A DNA stretch of 64,000 bases from Chrysomallon squamiferum (taxonomy: Eukaryota; Animalia; Mollusca), in the NCBI GenBank assembly GCA_012295275.1, contig CM022665.1, positions 4,278,001-4,342,000 of the forward strand, in the 5' to 3' direction. Positions within the stretch are counted from its first letter, which is position 1. The number at the start of each line of letters is the position of its first letter. Position numbers and translations under genes: made by a program. The notes below the pieces were generated by a model. It did no database searches, was not told the origin of the DNA, and worked only from the letters and a program-made list of their open reading frames with translations. Below are positions 39,816 to 54,500 of the stretch, piece by piece.

Positions 39816-42800
39816 CAACAAAGTATTTTGCAGGGGTAGAATTATCACCAACATTTAAATAGTTATTATGGTAATGTTACAGCATACGTAGATTCAAATG
39901 AATAATCAAACAGCATATATCAATATTTATGTTATAATTTCTTTATCCATTTCTGTTACATCTCTATCTCACTCTTTCTTTTTCTGTTTCCCTCACCCAC
40001 ATACACATAAATATAAATAAATAAATAAATAAATAATGCATCACTAAAGAAATATGTTGTCATGGTTACATACATAGAAAATCAGAACTAATGAAATGGT
40101 ATACAAACTGGCTGTGGTTAGTAACTGATATCAGTGCTGTAATGACAATGAAACAGATATATCAGCTAGTACAATAAAGTTTTGTGTGTGTGTGTGTGTG
40201 TATGTATATATATATATATATATTGATTTGGTTGTCACCTATAAAAACTATACATCAAAACAAAATAGTTGTTAAATAATAACAATTTATTTGTTATTAT
40301 TTAAAATGAAAACAATTTTCAAAATGGAAGTAATTTATGAAAGCAGATACAGTTCTATCCTAAAAAGCTTTTTCATTAGTCAGTGTCGAAAAGTATAGAA
40401 ATTTATCTAGTCATATTATGTTGTCAGTATGTACAGTGATTGCAGGATATATATATATATATCATGGTATATTTGATTGTGTATCTTATTCAAGAAAAAT
40501 ACCATAAACCAGCACAGAATAAACGAAACAAAAATGGCTGCCATGAAATTAGTAATTTTAAACATATTTGAAATGATGTACTGCTGAAAGAAAAACCATA
40601 ATAAATAAATAAACAGAAAACCTAAGAGACTTGCAAAGCCATGTCACTGTGATCTGATGTGCATTTAAAGTAAAATGTGGTAAGGAACAATAAGAATATA
40701 GTGTCTTGGTGATCACCAATAGTAACTATTGTTCAGCTGCTGCTTGTTATGCATGAGAATGTATAGCCAGAACAATACTGAAGAAAATCTTGTCAACATG
40801 ATATAATATAGACTTATTTACAAAACTAACAGGAAGACAGGAAAATAAAAACAAATGAAGACCAATAAGTTACTAAGGACAATCAGAATATATATATATA
40901 TATGGCTGTTGATTAAATGTGAAAAACCCCATAAAGAAATAAAAATAAACATAATAATAGCAAATGAATGAATGAATGAATCAATAAATAATAGAAAAAC
41001 TAAAAACATAATAATAATTAAAAAAATAAAAAAAAAATATTACAGAAACAAACAGATTAATAACAAGATTCATTTATTCATAAATTTTTAAAACTACAGA
41101 AGGCTGTTGAAAAAGAAGCAAACTGGAAATAAGCAACTGATACAGTAACAAATTTGGTTTTCAAAAATGAACATGAACACAGTACTGGCCTAAAGCAGCT
41201 GTACATACAAACAGTTCACTGCAGACTTATGTAGGATAAAGATGCAATTTATTCTTGATAAATGTTTCATTTACCATTCTTTATTCAACAGTTACTGTGA
41301 AAAACACATTCAGTTTTCATGAGATAATTTCATCAACATGCATAGATACACATATTCTGTATGAAAAAAATCATTTTAATTTTGCTTTTCACACCTTTCT
41401 GTCAATTCTGATTGTACCCATTATCACAAATATTTATCAAAAAAAAAAAAAAAAAATTAAACAAACTCTTTACAAAGCAGAACATTGGCCTTCTCTCTGT
41501 ATTATGTTACAATATGAAATAGCTGTGAGTATGAACAGACATGTTATTCAGAGCTACACAATTTCATGATCAAATTTTAATGACAAAATCTGCATGGCAA
41601 GATGTCCCCTGATAATACTCTCATAATACATTGCTTTACACTGGTTACTGAGTTTTTGAAATGGTTCTCAGTCATAAAGACAGCAACAGTTCATTTTGAA
41701 AGGTATGGAAATTAATGTCATGGAAAATGTTGGTTTGAAATAATACAAACTGATGAATTTTGTGAAAAAAATTATAGTCATTAGAGAATTATTTAAATAT
41801 AAAAACAAATAATGAATATTTTAGTGTTTTGTTTCTGATACCAACATAAATAACTCTACAAGTTATTACCACAACAGATTGCATCTTGGTAGTAGAATAT
41901 TTGTACCATGACTCTAAATACAAAGGTCTACAGGATCAAAGCTTCTTGATGGCCAAACTTAACCATTTCTTTCACCTAGAATGTATATCCCATTCAAATT
42001 ACAATTCTGTTTTATTCCGTCTAGCATTTTATAATATACAGCATAGTTTATTTTCTTTTGTTTATTCCATTCTGGCATGTGGTCTACTTTTCCTATACAT
42101 TATATATTATACACTTTGTAAATTTGTATCAAAAAGATAAAATATTTTTAGATTCTTTATTTTGTAATAAATTCATAAAGATAAAATCAAATCTGTTACT
42201 GGTTTCATACCTAAATGACTTTAAAAAAAAAATATGTTGTTATATACTGAATAATTGGTGAACATCTTCTGACTGATTAATTAAATATCCAATTAATTTG
42301 GTTTAGTACAGAGAATTCTGTAGTCGATTAATTACATTTAAAATATATCAGCTTCTTAAATAGGTTTTAAAAGGTAAAGAATATTTAAAGAAAGGTTCAC
42401 TTAAGAAGTTTAATAAATAAAAAAGTCTTAAAAGGTAATTAGTTATAAATAATCATTTTTCAAAAATTAATCAAAATATTTGTAAAAAAAATTAATAAGA
42501 AAATAAGACATTTTAGTCAAAAAGATATAAGCAATGCCAAGAAATTTAAAATACAAAAAGATTAAGTAATTTATTTTTGAAAAAAAAAAAAAATAATAAT
42601 AAAGTGAATATCTTAAGATGTATTAAATAATTAATCTAAGATTTAACTACTACAGCTTAAGGGCATTAAACAAAACAATTTCAGAGTTTAAAAGGTGAAA
42701 ACCAATTTAAAACGGGTTTAAAGACAACAAGTATTTAAACAAAAGTTTTAGAAAGAGCTGACTTTAAAAGATTCCAAGCTAGCCCATTTACATTGTGTGT

Positions 42801-42974
42801 AAATACCACAACTGGTTAACCCAAATTCTTCCTGTCAATGGGCATCTTTCATATTACCATTGTAATTAGAAAAAAAATTAATTGAAAAACTTATATTTCA
42901 TGTGTAGTAACTATTAAGCAATGTCCTGGTATAATTCAATATTTATCCATCCAAATAATTTTGTCTAGCTCGCT

Positions 42975-43100
42975 TGCTCACTCATTCACTCACTCACTCA
43001 CTCACTCACTCACTCAATCACTCAACCATTCATTCATTCACTCTCCCACTCATCAGTTCATTTGTTCATGAACTCATTCATGCATGCACTCATTCATTCA
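42975..43100. repeat. (CACT/CATT)n degenerate tetranucleotide repeat
   Basis: Direct reading. Confidence 0.85.
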
Positions 43101-45489
43101 TGAACACATGTTCATTCAATCTGTATCAAACCTGCTATCTCTGTCCCAAAGAGGCCAGCCCCCAAACAATATCCTTTTAGTAGTTTTACACCTACAATAT
43201 TTTTGTTTCCATAAACATCACCCAGTTTACTTAATATTTAATACAACTAATGACATTCCATGTGATAGTTCATTTGTTTTTAAATACTATTTAATAAATA
43301 TTTTACTTGTACTGACTGTGATCTTTTATAACATTATTCCTCTGGGAAAGCATTTATAAATAACAGAAAACTGGTTGGAATTAGACCTGTGTAATGAAAG
43401 GGCATATTTTATATATATTTAACAGTTTTATACTGAACTGAGGGTTTCTGAATAAAATATTTTACAATTTGAATTATTATTATTATTATTATTTTTTAAA
43501 GTGCTGATAAGCTGATAAATGTTTACTTAGAATTCTGTTATTAGTAGTATGGTAAGAGTCTTTGGAAACAGTGCCTCAAGGCAACTTTTTATTGCATTCA
43601 CGATGAACGTCAGGTCATATGGGAATAATTGTAACTAGTTGCAGTTTAAATATATTACTGCATTTTTCCTCAACAAACCAAACAATCTGGGTCAAAACAA
43701 ATACTAATATATACATAAAAAGAGTTCCAGCAAAAATAATAAGTTTAAACTTTTTTTAAATGAGCACAAAATGAGTACTATAGAAATGCTGTAAACTGTT
43801 TCTAATTTAAATATATCATTTTTGTTACTCTAGAAATAGAGCAATATAGATGAAAACAAATAGAAATATTTTCATAAAAGTAACTGAAACCTAGCAGAAA
43901 AATTGCAGTTTGAACTTATTAGTATCTTCTATCTGATAAACTGCACAATACTGGTGAAAACAAATAGGCATATTATCTATATAAAAATTATACAGGGTTC
44001 TCAGACATAATAAAAAGAAAATGAGAAAAGCAATATCATGTTAAAAGCTAATTGTAATCTGATCAACAAAAAATAGTTATTTGGGAAGATTTAAAATTAG
44101 TTGTTATCTGAACCTAGACATATTATACGAAAAATAAGTTGCAACTGTAGAGTTGTTTACAAATAATTCATGTGAAAGCTCAGTGACACGACAGTGAACT
44201 AATTTATTGGCCATTTGGGAGTTTTAAATATTGGTTGTAGTCTGAACACAACAGTCATGCAAAAGCTAAAGACTAACTGCATAAAAGATGTTTCTAAGGA
44301 AATTTTAGAAGCTTCAAAGAATGGTTTCTCTAAGTTATCAAATAATTATGTTTTTATATACCCTAAGTTCATTGTGTTCTTATACAAATAAAAATCCTCT
44401 ATTTGATTTCATTGTTTTAAAACTTAAGGGTGAGAATTCCCTGTCATACTCAGTCAGTGACCTTTCACCTCCTATATGCTCATCTAATCAGGGTGAGGCA
44501 AAAACAGAAAATGATCTCATGAGAAAATAATAAATTATTCAAATACTTTTTAATCTACTGAAATTAAATTTTTTCTTAAAGGTACCATGTAATTGTAAGT
44601 ATTATACTTGTCAGTTCAGTTCAAAAATGCCTTGCTTTATATACATGAAAGATTTACGGTGATTTTCAAGCCATCCAATTAAACGATTTTCTATTTGACT
44701 GATGTTCTGTGAATAAATTTTAAATCAATAAAGATTTCCTATTTCATGCTGCTCTCTACCAACACGTGTAACTGATATTTAAACACTGATTTTTATCAGT
44801 TAATTCAACAAGCTAAAAAACTCTAAGGCAATATGTATCTATGACAGCAGGCTTAACTAAATATTTTTTTTGTTCTTTTACAGGTGAATGTTAGATTATA
44901 CAATTAAAATTAATAGACATTGCATGTCAACAGATATTTGGTGGCCATAATATAATGTTACAATTTGTCACCTTAAACTCTTGTTACAATAACACATCTT
45001 TTGGACTGTCTTGAATTTTCATTGCCTTTTCAGAAGCAATTATCATTGGAATAACAGCCAACATAATACTTGGTATTAGTGTTAATTGTACATGTGTTTT
45101 GACTGATTAATAATTACTGAAGTAATTTTCATTAAGGTGTTATAATGTAATATGAAAAAATATCACTTTTGGTCTTAGGAATCCTTAAGAATTATTTCAT
45201 TTATGTTAAAGGTAGTTAAGTTTTTATTTTACAGATAAAATATAATATGTTGGTTGATGAGATTTTAATGAAAGTAAATCAGAGAAAGATAATACTGTAA
45301 ATATAGAAATAATAATATTTTCAGCTAATACTGAAATAAATTAAATCTAATGTAATAAAATTAATTAACTTCTGAAATATTATTTGGTTAATGATATTTC
45401 ATGACTTTTTAATTTTAATGTCAGGGTTATGTTGTTATTTTTATGTATTATGGTGACATGAAAAAGAGAAAAATGATCAAAATAATCTT

Positions 45490-45660
45490 TTATATACGTT
45501 TTCCCAGAGATACGAACGTATAAATGGTAGCCTCTGAGGAATAAGTGTTATAGGAATGACAAGAACTGAAAACACCTCAAAGGACACAAACAAAGGAGAT
45601 TTGATCCTCCTATCAACCACATCTCAGTCATTAACAACCAACTTCATAAATGTCTCCTAA
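45490..45660 (-). mobile_element. SINE fragment
   Basis: tttatatacgttttcccagaga...gagatttgatcctcc...acatctcag. Confidence 0.35.
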
Positions 45661-47038
45661 CACATATTTTGAACTTGTCTCAATATTTCGCTACCTTTAT
45701 CAAAGTAACAAAACCAGATGCAGAAGAAAAAGAACTAATTTTTCTCAAAATCATTGTGTGTTTTTGTCTTTCGTATTTTATGCATTTGTTTAAACACTTT
45801 AATCAATCATTTAACTAAAACTATTTAAATGTATTCCATTACAACAGCTGCTTATCCCTTCAATCAAATTAGAACTGAAATATTCTATTCAACAGAAAGA
45901 ATTTGTGACCACTTGCCTTCCAGCATTTCACTTGCAAATAGAAAAATACTGCCTCAAAACAATGTATACTAATTAAACTGTAGTAATAAAAATTAATATT
46001 ATTTGAAAAGAATGTGATGTATAAATAAAAAGTGATCATACAGTGAACATAGTAATAATATCTACCATGCTGTGAAATACATTAACTGCAGTTTCAGTTA
46101 TATCACAAAAACACACACACACAAAACATACATTCATACATTCATACACACACAACATACACAATCACACTCACAATACACACTCACAATACACACACAC
46201 ACACGTTGTCTTTATGTATATATAATTGTATTTTTATGTACATACCAATATGTAAATTGCACTGGTGTTAGAAGAGTTTAATGAAAAAGAAATTCATTGA
46301 AGGTTGTGGCATGTTTTACTATAAATGTACAACATGCTATTTTCCATTCCAACAAATTTCTTTTGACAGATTTATCAAATACTGAGGTAAATGCTTTCCT
46401 AATGATATAGAACAGGCTATTTATCCAAATGTGCAATGTCATATAGCTAGACTGCATATATATATATATGGATATTGTGTTGAGTAGTTATGTTGCAATA
46501 ATGAGGTTTGATAAACACAGAATTAATCCTCTTCTCCATGTCAAAATGACAATTTCCACATCTCAATAAACACTTCTTTGTAAGTATATTATTAAAATGA
46601 CTTATAAAATACACAGTATGTCTTTGTTAAATTTCAGAGATTAACAAGCTGTTTAGCAAGCTCAGCTTAAAGAATCTAATTCAAAGACAACATGACAGTT
46701 TGATCCTTTTTATTTTAGGGCATGTGTACTATTTGCAGTGGGTTATACAATTATAATTACTAGTACTACGATATAGCTGCTGATTAATTAGACAGCAGAA
46801 CACTGTTATATACTTTGCAGCTGTTACATTAAAAAAAACAGTACAGCACTAAATATCAGCAATATTAACTATGGAATCAATGATTTTGTCTCACTGATGC
46901 ACAGAAATAACAATTACAGAGATACACAAGCAGAATATTAATTTTAACATCAAAATAAGAACAAGGGCATTTTCTAGTTCAGAGCAGCAAATGTTTAGCA
47001 GCCTAGTCTTACTTTCTGAAAATCAGTGGTGAATAGAG

Positions 47039-47110
47039 ATTTATTAGGATAAATTATGTTTATTTTTAGATATTTATTAGGATAAATTATGTTTATTTTT
47101 AGATATTTAT
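47039..47110. repeat. Perfect 33-bp tandem duplication
   Basis: atttattaggataaattatgtttatttttagat occurs twice. Confidence 0.9.
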
Positions 47111-48440
47111 AAATAACAATTAAAGTAACAAATTAACTAACTAGCTTGCAATCAAACAACCATATAATGAGAAAGGTTACCACAACTGTTAGTCATCATA
47201 ACACAAAAATATTTCATACAAATTTGAATTTAAATGAACTAAAATTAGTATTGAATTACTGTATTTCAATCAGGGTTAAAGAACACCAATGTGTGTTTGA
47301 AAGATATCAACAAATACTCAGAATAAACCAGTTGTGAGCTTTTACAAAGCATATAAACAAACCAAATTTTGGACCTTCTTCAAAAGTCATTTCATAACAC
47401 AATATATAAATAATTTTTTTTGTTTTTTATATTTTTTATATTATTTATTTATTAACACTAATTTAATATACAAAAGCTGAACTAAAAAGATTCTTAAATG
47501 TCCAAGAATTTGATGTCATAACCCAGAAGTGTCTAACTGTCAAAACCTTCAGATAACTTTTTTTTTTTTTTTTTTTTTGTCAAAGAATTCAATTCAAGAT
47601 AATGTAAATTTGACAAGTAAAAAAAAAAAATAACATAAAAAGAAAAACCATAGGAAATTATATTATGAGTTTTTCTTAAATGGTTTCTGTGCTATGATGA
47701 GTGAAACAAAAAACCATCTTCAAGGATTCTTGGAACATGGTACTTGAAATTGCAGTGAAACTGAAATGTCAATTTTGATATGTCATTCATTTTAAAAGAA
47801 TGAAAAGCAACATAAGTAATAAATGAATGAAATGTTAATGGAAACAGTAATAACATATAGGTAAACTAATAAATTAAAAACAACCAAAAATGTTTAAATC
47901 AAAATAAACAAAATTACAAATTAAAAGTATAAACTATTTTCTATTTTAAATTATAAATGGGAAAGGTTTTCTTTTAATTATGTCTTTTATTGATCATTAT
48001 TATTCAGTTTTTAATTTATTTATTAAAAAAATAACAAATCAATTAGAAAATTAACTCACTAACAATGATTTCAACATTCATGTATCACTAATTATGAACA
48101 TTTTCCTTTGTTTAATTTAATAAAAACAACACATTCACAAATTTATGTTTGAAAGTAATAACAAATACTTCATATGCATTTTTTCAATCTCATACAGAAC
48201 CACCTAATAACTGATGGGCAATGATTTAACTTTATCATTCTTATCTTCATAATAGATATGCAGTGACATTTACAACACTTTCTTCTCAGTGTCACAAATC
48301 TCTTTGACCATTACTTGAATACACAGTATAATGTAATGTTTGTCTCATACAGAGCTTGGTTTCTGGATAAAAAATTAAAGTTTATGGGTTTTTAGTTTGG
48401 TGTAAAAAAAAGAAAAGAAAAAAAAAGAAGATATGAGTTG

Positions 48441-48443
<3 letters not shown>

Positions 48444-48485
<42 letters not shown>

Positions 48486-48544
48486 GGGAAGAGAGTGAAA
48501 GAATGAGAGATCAGATATTAAAATAATAATAATAGTAATAATAA

Positions 48545-48585
<41 letters not shown>
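48444..48585. repeat. (GA)n and (TA)n microsatellites
   Basis: Direct reading. Confidence 0.9.
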
Positions 48586-48591
<6 letters not shown>

Positions 48592-51500
48592 CACACCTAC
48601 ATATATAAGTTGTTTATGAGCTATTTTGTCTGGAAATTCAAGACAATTCATCAAATTATAATCACAACAGAGTTCAATGTACTGAAAGCAAAACTGGTTG
48701 AACAATACATCCATATTTGTCTTGAAGACAGATTTGCTTTTGGTTATTTCAGACTTATTTATCCCTAGAGAAAAGCAGTTATTTTCCATACTTCAACACC
48801 ATATCATGAATTCCAGTATCTCTTGAAATATATATATATTTTATATAATCTATTACTCGTGTATTTCAGCTACAAAATATTAGTACCAAAGATTTTAACA
48901 TGTATTCAGTATTACTTAATTACATATTAATTATGTTCAGAGTACTATTTCCAATATTACAATGTTGATTAGATATCCAGGAACAGAACCATAATGCATT
49001 TTATTACATTCTTGTTTCACTGTTGTTTTAATGCTTGCTTATTTTTTTCATGGATCTGTATTATATCCCAGGGTATGTAGGTGGCAATATATATCAAGAT
49101 GTTTTTGTTTATACTAGGTTACATATTATTTTGTTGATCATAATGTTTTAATTATAATGAAACATATTTCAGCTTCCAAGTCATATCCATACTTTAGAGG
49201 AAACTCACTCACATTTCTTGAAAGCCTTGATCAGCATATGAATGCTATCCATAATTTAATTGTTAAAAAAAAAAAAAAAAAAAACCTAAAACAAAAACCA
49301 TACATAATAAAAAAAAAAAAAAAAAAATTAAAAAAAAAAAATATGTGTGTGTGTGTGTGTGTGTGTGTTTGTGTAAAATACATAATAAAAAAAAAAAATA
49401 AAATTAATAAATTATATAGATCCACTGAAGATGATTTCAAATGATTTCAAATAAAATGACAGTAAACAATGACCGACATTCTGTAGAATGTTATTTTATT
49501 TAAAAAAATTATCCATGACAATGGACGAAACTGATAAACTTAAAACACAACCCAAAACCTAATGATTGGATTAGACTGGGTGACCAGTTGCCAATCTACA
49601 AGGAATTAACCAAGAAAAACAATAATTAATTAATTACATACAGTTGTTCCAAAAGCATAAATCTTTCAGTTGCTTCATTACACAGATGAATCCTCAAAGT
49701 ATCCATTCATTAAGTATTCAAATTATTGTTGACCAAATAGTTACATGCAAATCAATGCAGCCTATATGTAAAGTATTAATGTTATTTAATCCATTCTGAT
49801 AATGCTTATTTTCTTTTATAAACTCGAAGATTTAGAGAACTTTGTTCTGGTCACATTATGATTACAGACCCTAAGCAGTTTCTGCTCTAGGTCAACCTGT
49901 AGTCTGAAACATTTTGATATATTTAGAAACCTGAAGGTTGAAGCATTCTGATGTTTTAAAAAAAAAACATTTGAATTATTTGCCCTGGTAAAAAATCCCA
50001 AAGCATACTTTATTTATATAGGCATCTCTTACTCAAGTCAGGAACTAGTCTTTTTGACAGTTATTATAAGCAATTTCACATACAGAAACTATTTTTTTCT
50101 AGCCTCAAGATGGCTTTTATAATACAGACCTGACATAACAATGTTCACTGATACTTCAGTGTAGCAATATGATAAAATTCAGGAGCTAATTTTCAGCAAT
50201 GTATCACCAGAAATGACCCTGTGACATTTAAAAACAACTTGAACAAGCAAGCACCAAGCACCCATTGCTCTCAAAATACACACATTAAGACTGATGTGAA
50301 TGCAAACTGCTCCATAATTTCATTTACAGCTGTATCATAATCTTCATCTGCAGCGTGTTGTTGGCCATAATTTTAATGTCAACTGACATATACCCAATAA
50401 TTATCCTGTAACTGTTTGAAGATCATGGCATAACGTTATAAATCGAATAAATAACACTGGTAAACATCACATATGGCTGTTATGTTTTAAGAAGAATTTT
50501 TTTTTTATAGATTTAATTTGTAGAATAAACATATACTGATTTTATATTGGTAAACATCTCACAATTATGGCTATTATGTTATGTTTTGTAAGAAAGGAAT
50601 TGCTTGTTTATAGAGATAATCTTTAGAATGAATATATATAAACATAATTATAGTGTACATCATCTTTTGAAGCTGGATGGGATATGTGTTTGCAGTATAT
50701 TAATTATAAATGAACTTATGAAAATAATGTCCATTACATTTTGTTTTTCAATTTTATTACAACAAACCAAGGTAAATAAATATATACATAAATAGGAATA
50801 AAAAAACTACAGTCTTATACAAAATGTAAAACACAATATTTTTTTAAAGAGACTTTTAATTATTTATTGCATGCGTTAAATAATTAATAACATTAGTATT
50901 AGACTTATTATATCAAATGATGAAAGCAACAATTGAAAATAAAATGGAAATATAATTTTTTAATTAACTTTTTCAGAACTATTATAAAACTATTTTCTTT
51001 TACAAAAATTATTTTCTTTTTCTCTTTCATTCCAGATCCATTTTAATATATTTAGAAATTCAAAATTTTCAAACTAATAATAATAATAAAAAAATGTCAA
51101 CTAAAGTGAAAAAAAACTGACAACCTACCTTAGATTCTTTGACTCTCAAATTTGCTACAAAAATCTAATTCCATCTACTCTTGTTTCCTCTCAAACTGAT
51201 ACTGAAAAGGTTCAATATATCCATAGCTCTTAATTGTGAACACCATACTAAAATCAATGAACACAAAGTGAGTGACTGCCAATTTAAGTTTGCTGCCAAC
51301 AGAACAATGAGTTTGTTGAAGATTTCAAGTATGTCAGATTGGTAGCACAGTAACCTTATTCATACAACTATTGTACACCAGCCTTGTTACAAAATGTATT
51401 ACTAACATTAATGACAATTATTAATTAAGAGCACTTAAATTAATATTCAGAAATTGCTCCCTGGCAAAACAGGATGTAAACACAATGGCGTCACGAACTG

Positions 51501-54500
51501 CGATGTTTACATGCACCTTTGTTTAGATTGGGAAATTAGAAAATATTGTTAACGATTAATTAGAAACTGTGCACTCTATATATATTTATGGTGAGCAATT
51601 ATTGACTAGTTGTAAGATGTATTGTTCCTACATTTCTGGTTCAGTCACAGAAAAGAATCAACTGAATGAAGACGAATCAATAACTTAAGTCATACAGAAT
51701 CTACATCTAAGACTACAACAAAAACATTGTCAACCAACAACACTGCTATGACAGCATAAAACAATGACAAAAATAGAAACAATGATGACACGAAAACAAT
51801 GATATTGACAAAAATGATTAATTTGTTGGAAGAAGAGTTTTCTTTTCAAATTCAAAATTGAATTTCATTTTTTATATTGTATGTGTGTGAAGTTTGTGTT
51901 AATGTGTTTTTGTAAATGTGTGTATATGTGTATGAGTGTGTGAGAGAGAGACACGAGACAGATAATATAAAAGAGAAAATGATAGTCAGACATACAGAAT
52001 GAAAAAGAGAAAAGAAGAAATAAAATTACATTTAAGTATTAAATTTGTAAATTAAATCTCAGCATTAAGATTCCAAAAGTCTATCCCCATTTTTTTCTCT
52101 CCAATAATTTGATTTGATTCTTAAGACTAGAAATCTAATATGACTAAAGATAAACTGATTATACAGAAAAATGTACTGTTAACTCAGACAGTGGCATCTA
52201 AATGAAAGTAAAATGACTTACCATACATAACATGATTCATTATGTAAATCTAGAAGATTTTATTTTGGGGGAAATGTAGTAAAATTTAATTTTTTGGAGA
52301 TTGCAGTGAAATTATATATATATATATATATTTTTTTTTTTTTTAATGTGCACTTTTTCATTAAATGGATTAGTTCAATGCAGCTGTCTAATTTGAAACA
52401 GATAAATGGATAGATGGAAGTATAATAAAACATATATCTTCATACAGAACTTTCTGAAAACTTGAACTGTCAAACTGAATTAAATAAAACATAAATATAT
52501 GGATGGGATGGTTGGTTGGCTGAATTAATTCAATTTGACAAAAATGTGAAAAATATAAAATAAGAAGTTTTTGTGATAACAAATAAATGGGACACAAAGA
52601 TATTGTTACTATATTATATTCCTCTATTTCTTAGCTTCAATCATATCTGAATAATTTAAAGTATTATTCTAGAATGTCATTTCCAAATCAAAACATAACA
52701 AAGGACTAACCCTACTGAATCAACTGATTGACAATATCATGCAGAGGCCTTCACCAGTTTTAATGTCTTCCTCGACATTTTGTTTTGTTTTGTTTTGTTT
52801 TTTTCAATAAAAGTAATACAATATGTCAGTTTTCACCACTTGATTGAATCTTTTGTTGTGAAGTTTTTGAAATATGTTCACAGCAGACACAAAATAAGTT
52901 GCTGGAGTCAGGAAAAGAGAGAATACTTTCCATCCAGTGGTTTTTCTTTTAATATTCTGTTATTTTACAGTTATTGAAAACATAAATACTGGAACAGCAT
53001 TTAGTATGTAATAAGGTGTATTACTAAGGTTTATAATTAAGGTATACTTGTGAATAAAATTAAAAAGCTTTCCCATCAGAATTAATGACAGTAATTTTTC
53101 TTGTTTTGAGGTTTATCTCATCTTTTATTGTACAGCAATGAGAAACTGGAAAGATCTATCTTTGGTTTAGTTGTTATTATGAAAACAAGTTGAGTGAGAC
53201 ACTTATTTTTTTAATTTTCTATATGTAATGTAGTGTGTATTATTATTATATTTTTTCTTTCTTTCTTTTTCTTTTTTTTGTTTTTGTTTTATATATTTTT
53301 TTTAAAGAAACAAATACAGGAGCAAGGTGCATAATTTTCTACTGTTTGTGCTTTATTTTACACACATCAAATGAATTAACAACTCCTTTCCTGGGTAAGC
53401 TATGTCCAGCACATTGAAAGACAGTATCTATATTAGGAACATGATGTTTACATACAGTTTTCCTAAGGGACAAATTCAATGTCTGCCATTTTCTGCTGTT
53501 CTCTGCACGTGTGGACTCAGAGGTGTTAAGGGATTCAACCTGTACTTAATACAAGCTACATGGAAATATATTAATTATGGGCACTTTGGCATAGACCTTC
53601 ACTGAGGAAATATCCAGTAATGTAATAACATCAATCTTCAGTTCATTCCTTGTAATCTGTGGATTGACACGTTCTGGAATCCTGTCAGAGAAACAAAGTC
53701 ATGTAGTGGTAAAACCTGCTAATTTACTTGTCCAGTAATTTCACATCTAGTCATCATTTAACAAGATTATTGTGAAATCTATATTGTCTCTTAGTCCAGA
53801 TACTTAATTGCAGTAGTTCACTCTGCGTTTTAGATGAAAGCTATTAACCTAAAGCTGTTATGAAATCTCATGCCACATTTTTTATCTGTTTTGCATATCC
53901 TGTGTATGGTTTAACGATATTCATTATCTAACAAAAGATAGTATAGATTTTCAATTTTAAAAAAATAATAATATAAATTAATAAATTACATGATGGAAAA
54001 CAAAATAAGTATTTTTTTGTTTGTACTGATTATCAAGCTCTTAATGACAAAAAAGAAATTACATTTTTAATTATCAATTATACTTCAATGGATCTATTAA
54101 ATTTGCAAAATAATAAGAAAAAGAGATGTGAGGTTGAAAAGTAATAAATGAATTTGACTGAAATAATTACAATATAAATAAAAAAATAAGGATGAAACTT
54201 AAAACAATCAAAAGTCATCACAATACCCCAAATGAAAAAAAAAGAGTGAAAGAAGAATGACAAAAAAAAAAAAAAAGAAGAAAAGATTTTAAAGAAAGGA
54301 AAACAAAAACGAAAATGAAATAAAAATGAAATAAAATAAAACACATGAAAAACAGAAACACTACCAACAACAAAGAAATTATAATAATAAAAAAAAGAAA
54401 AAAATGAAATAAGATAACAACATAAAATAAAATAAAACAAAACAAATAAAATAAACAAATTTAAATAGATTAAAAAATAAATAAAAATATAATAATAACA

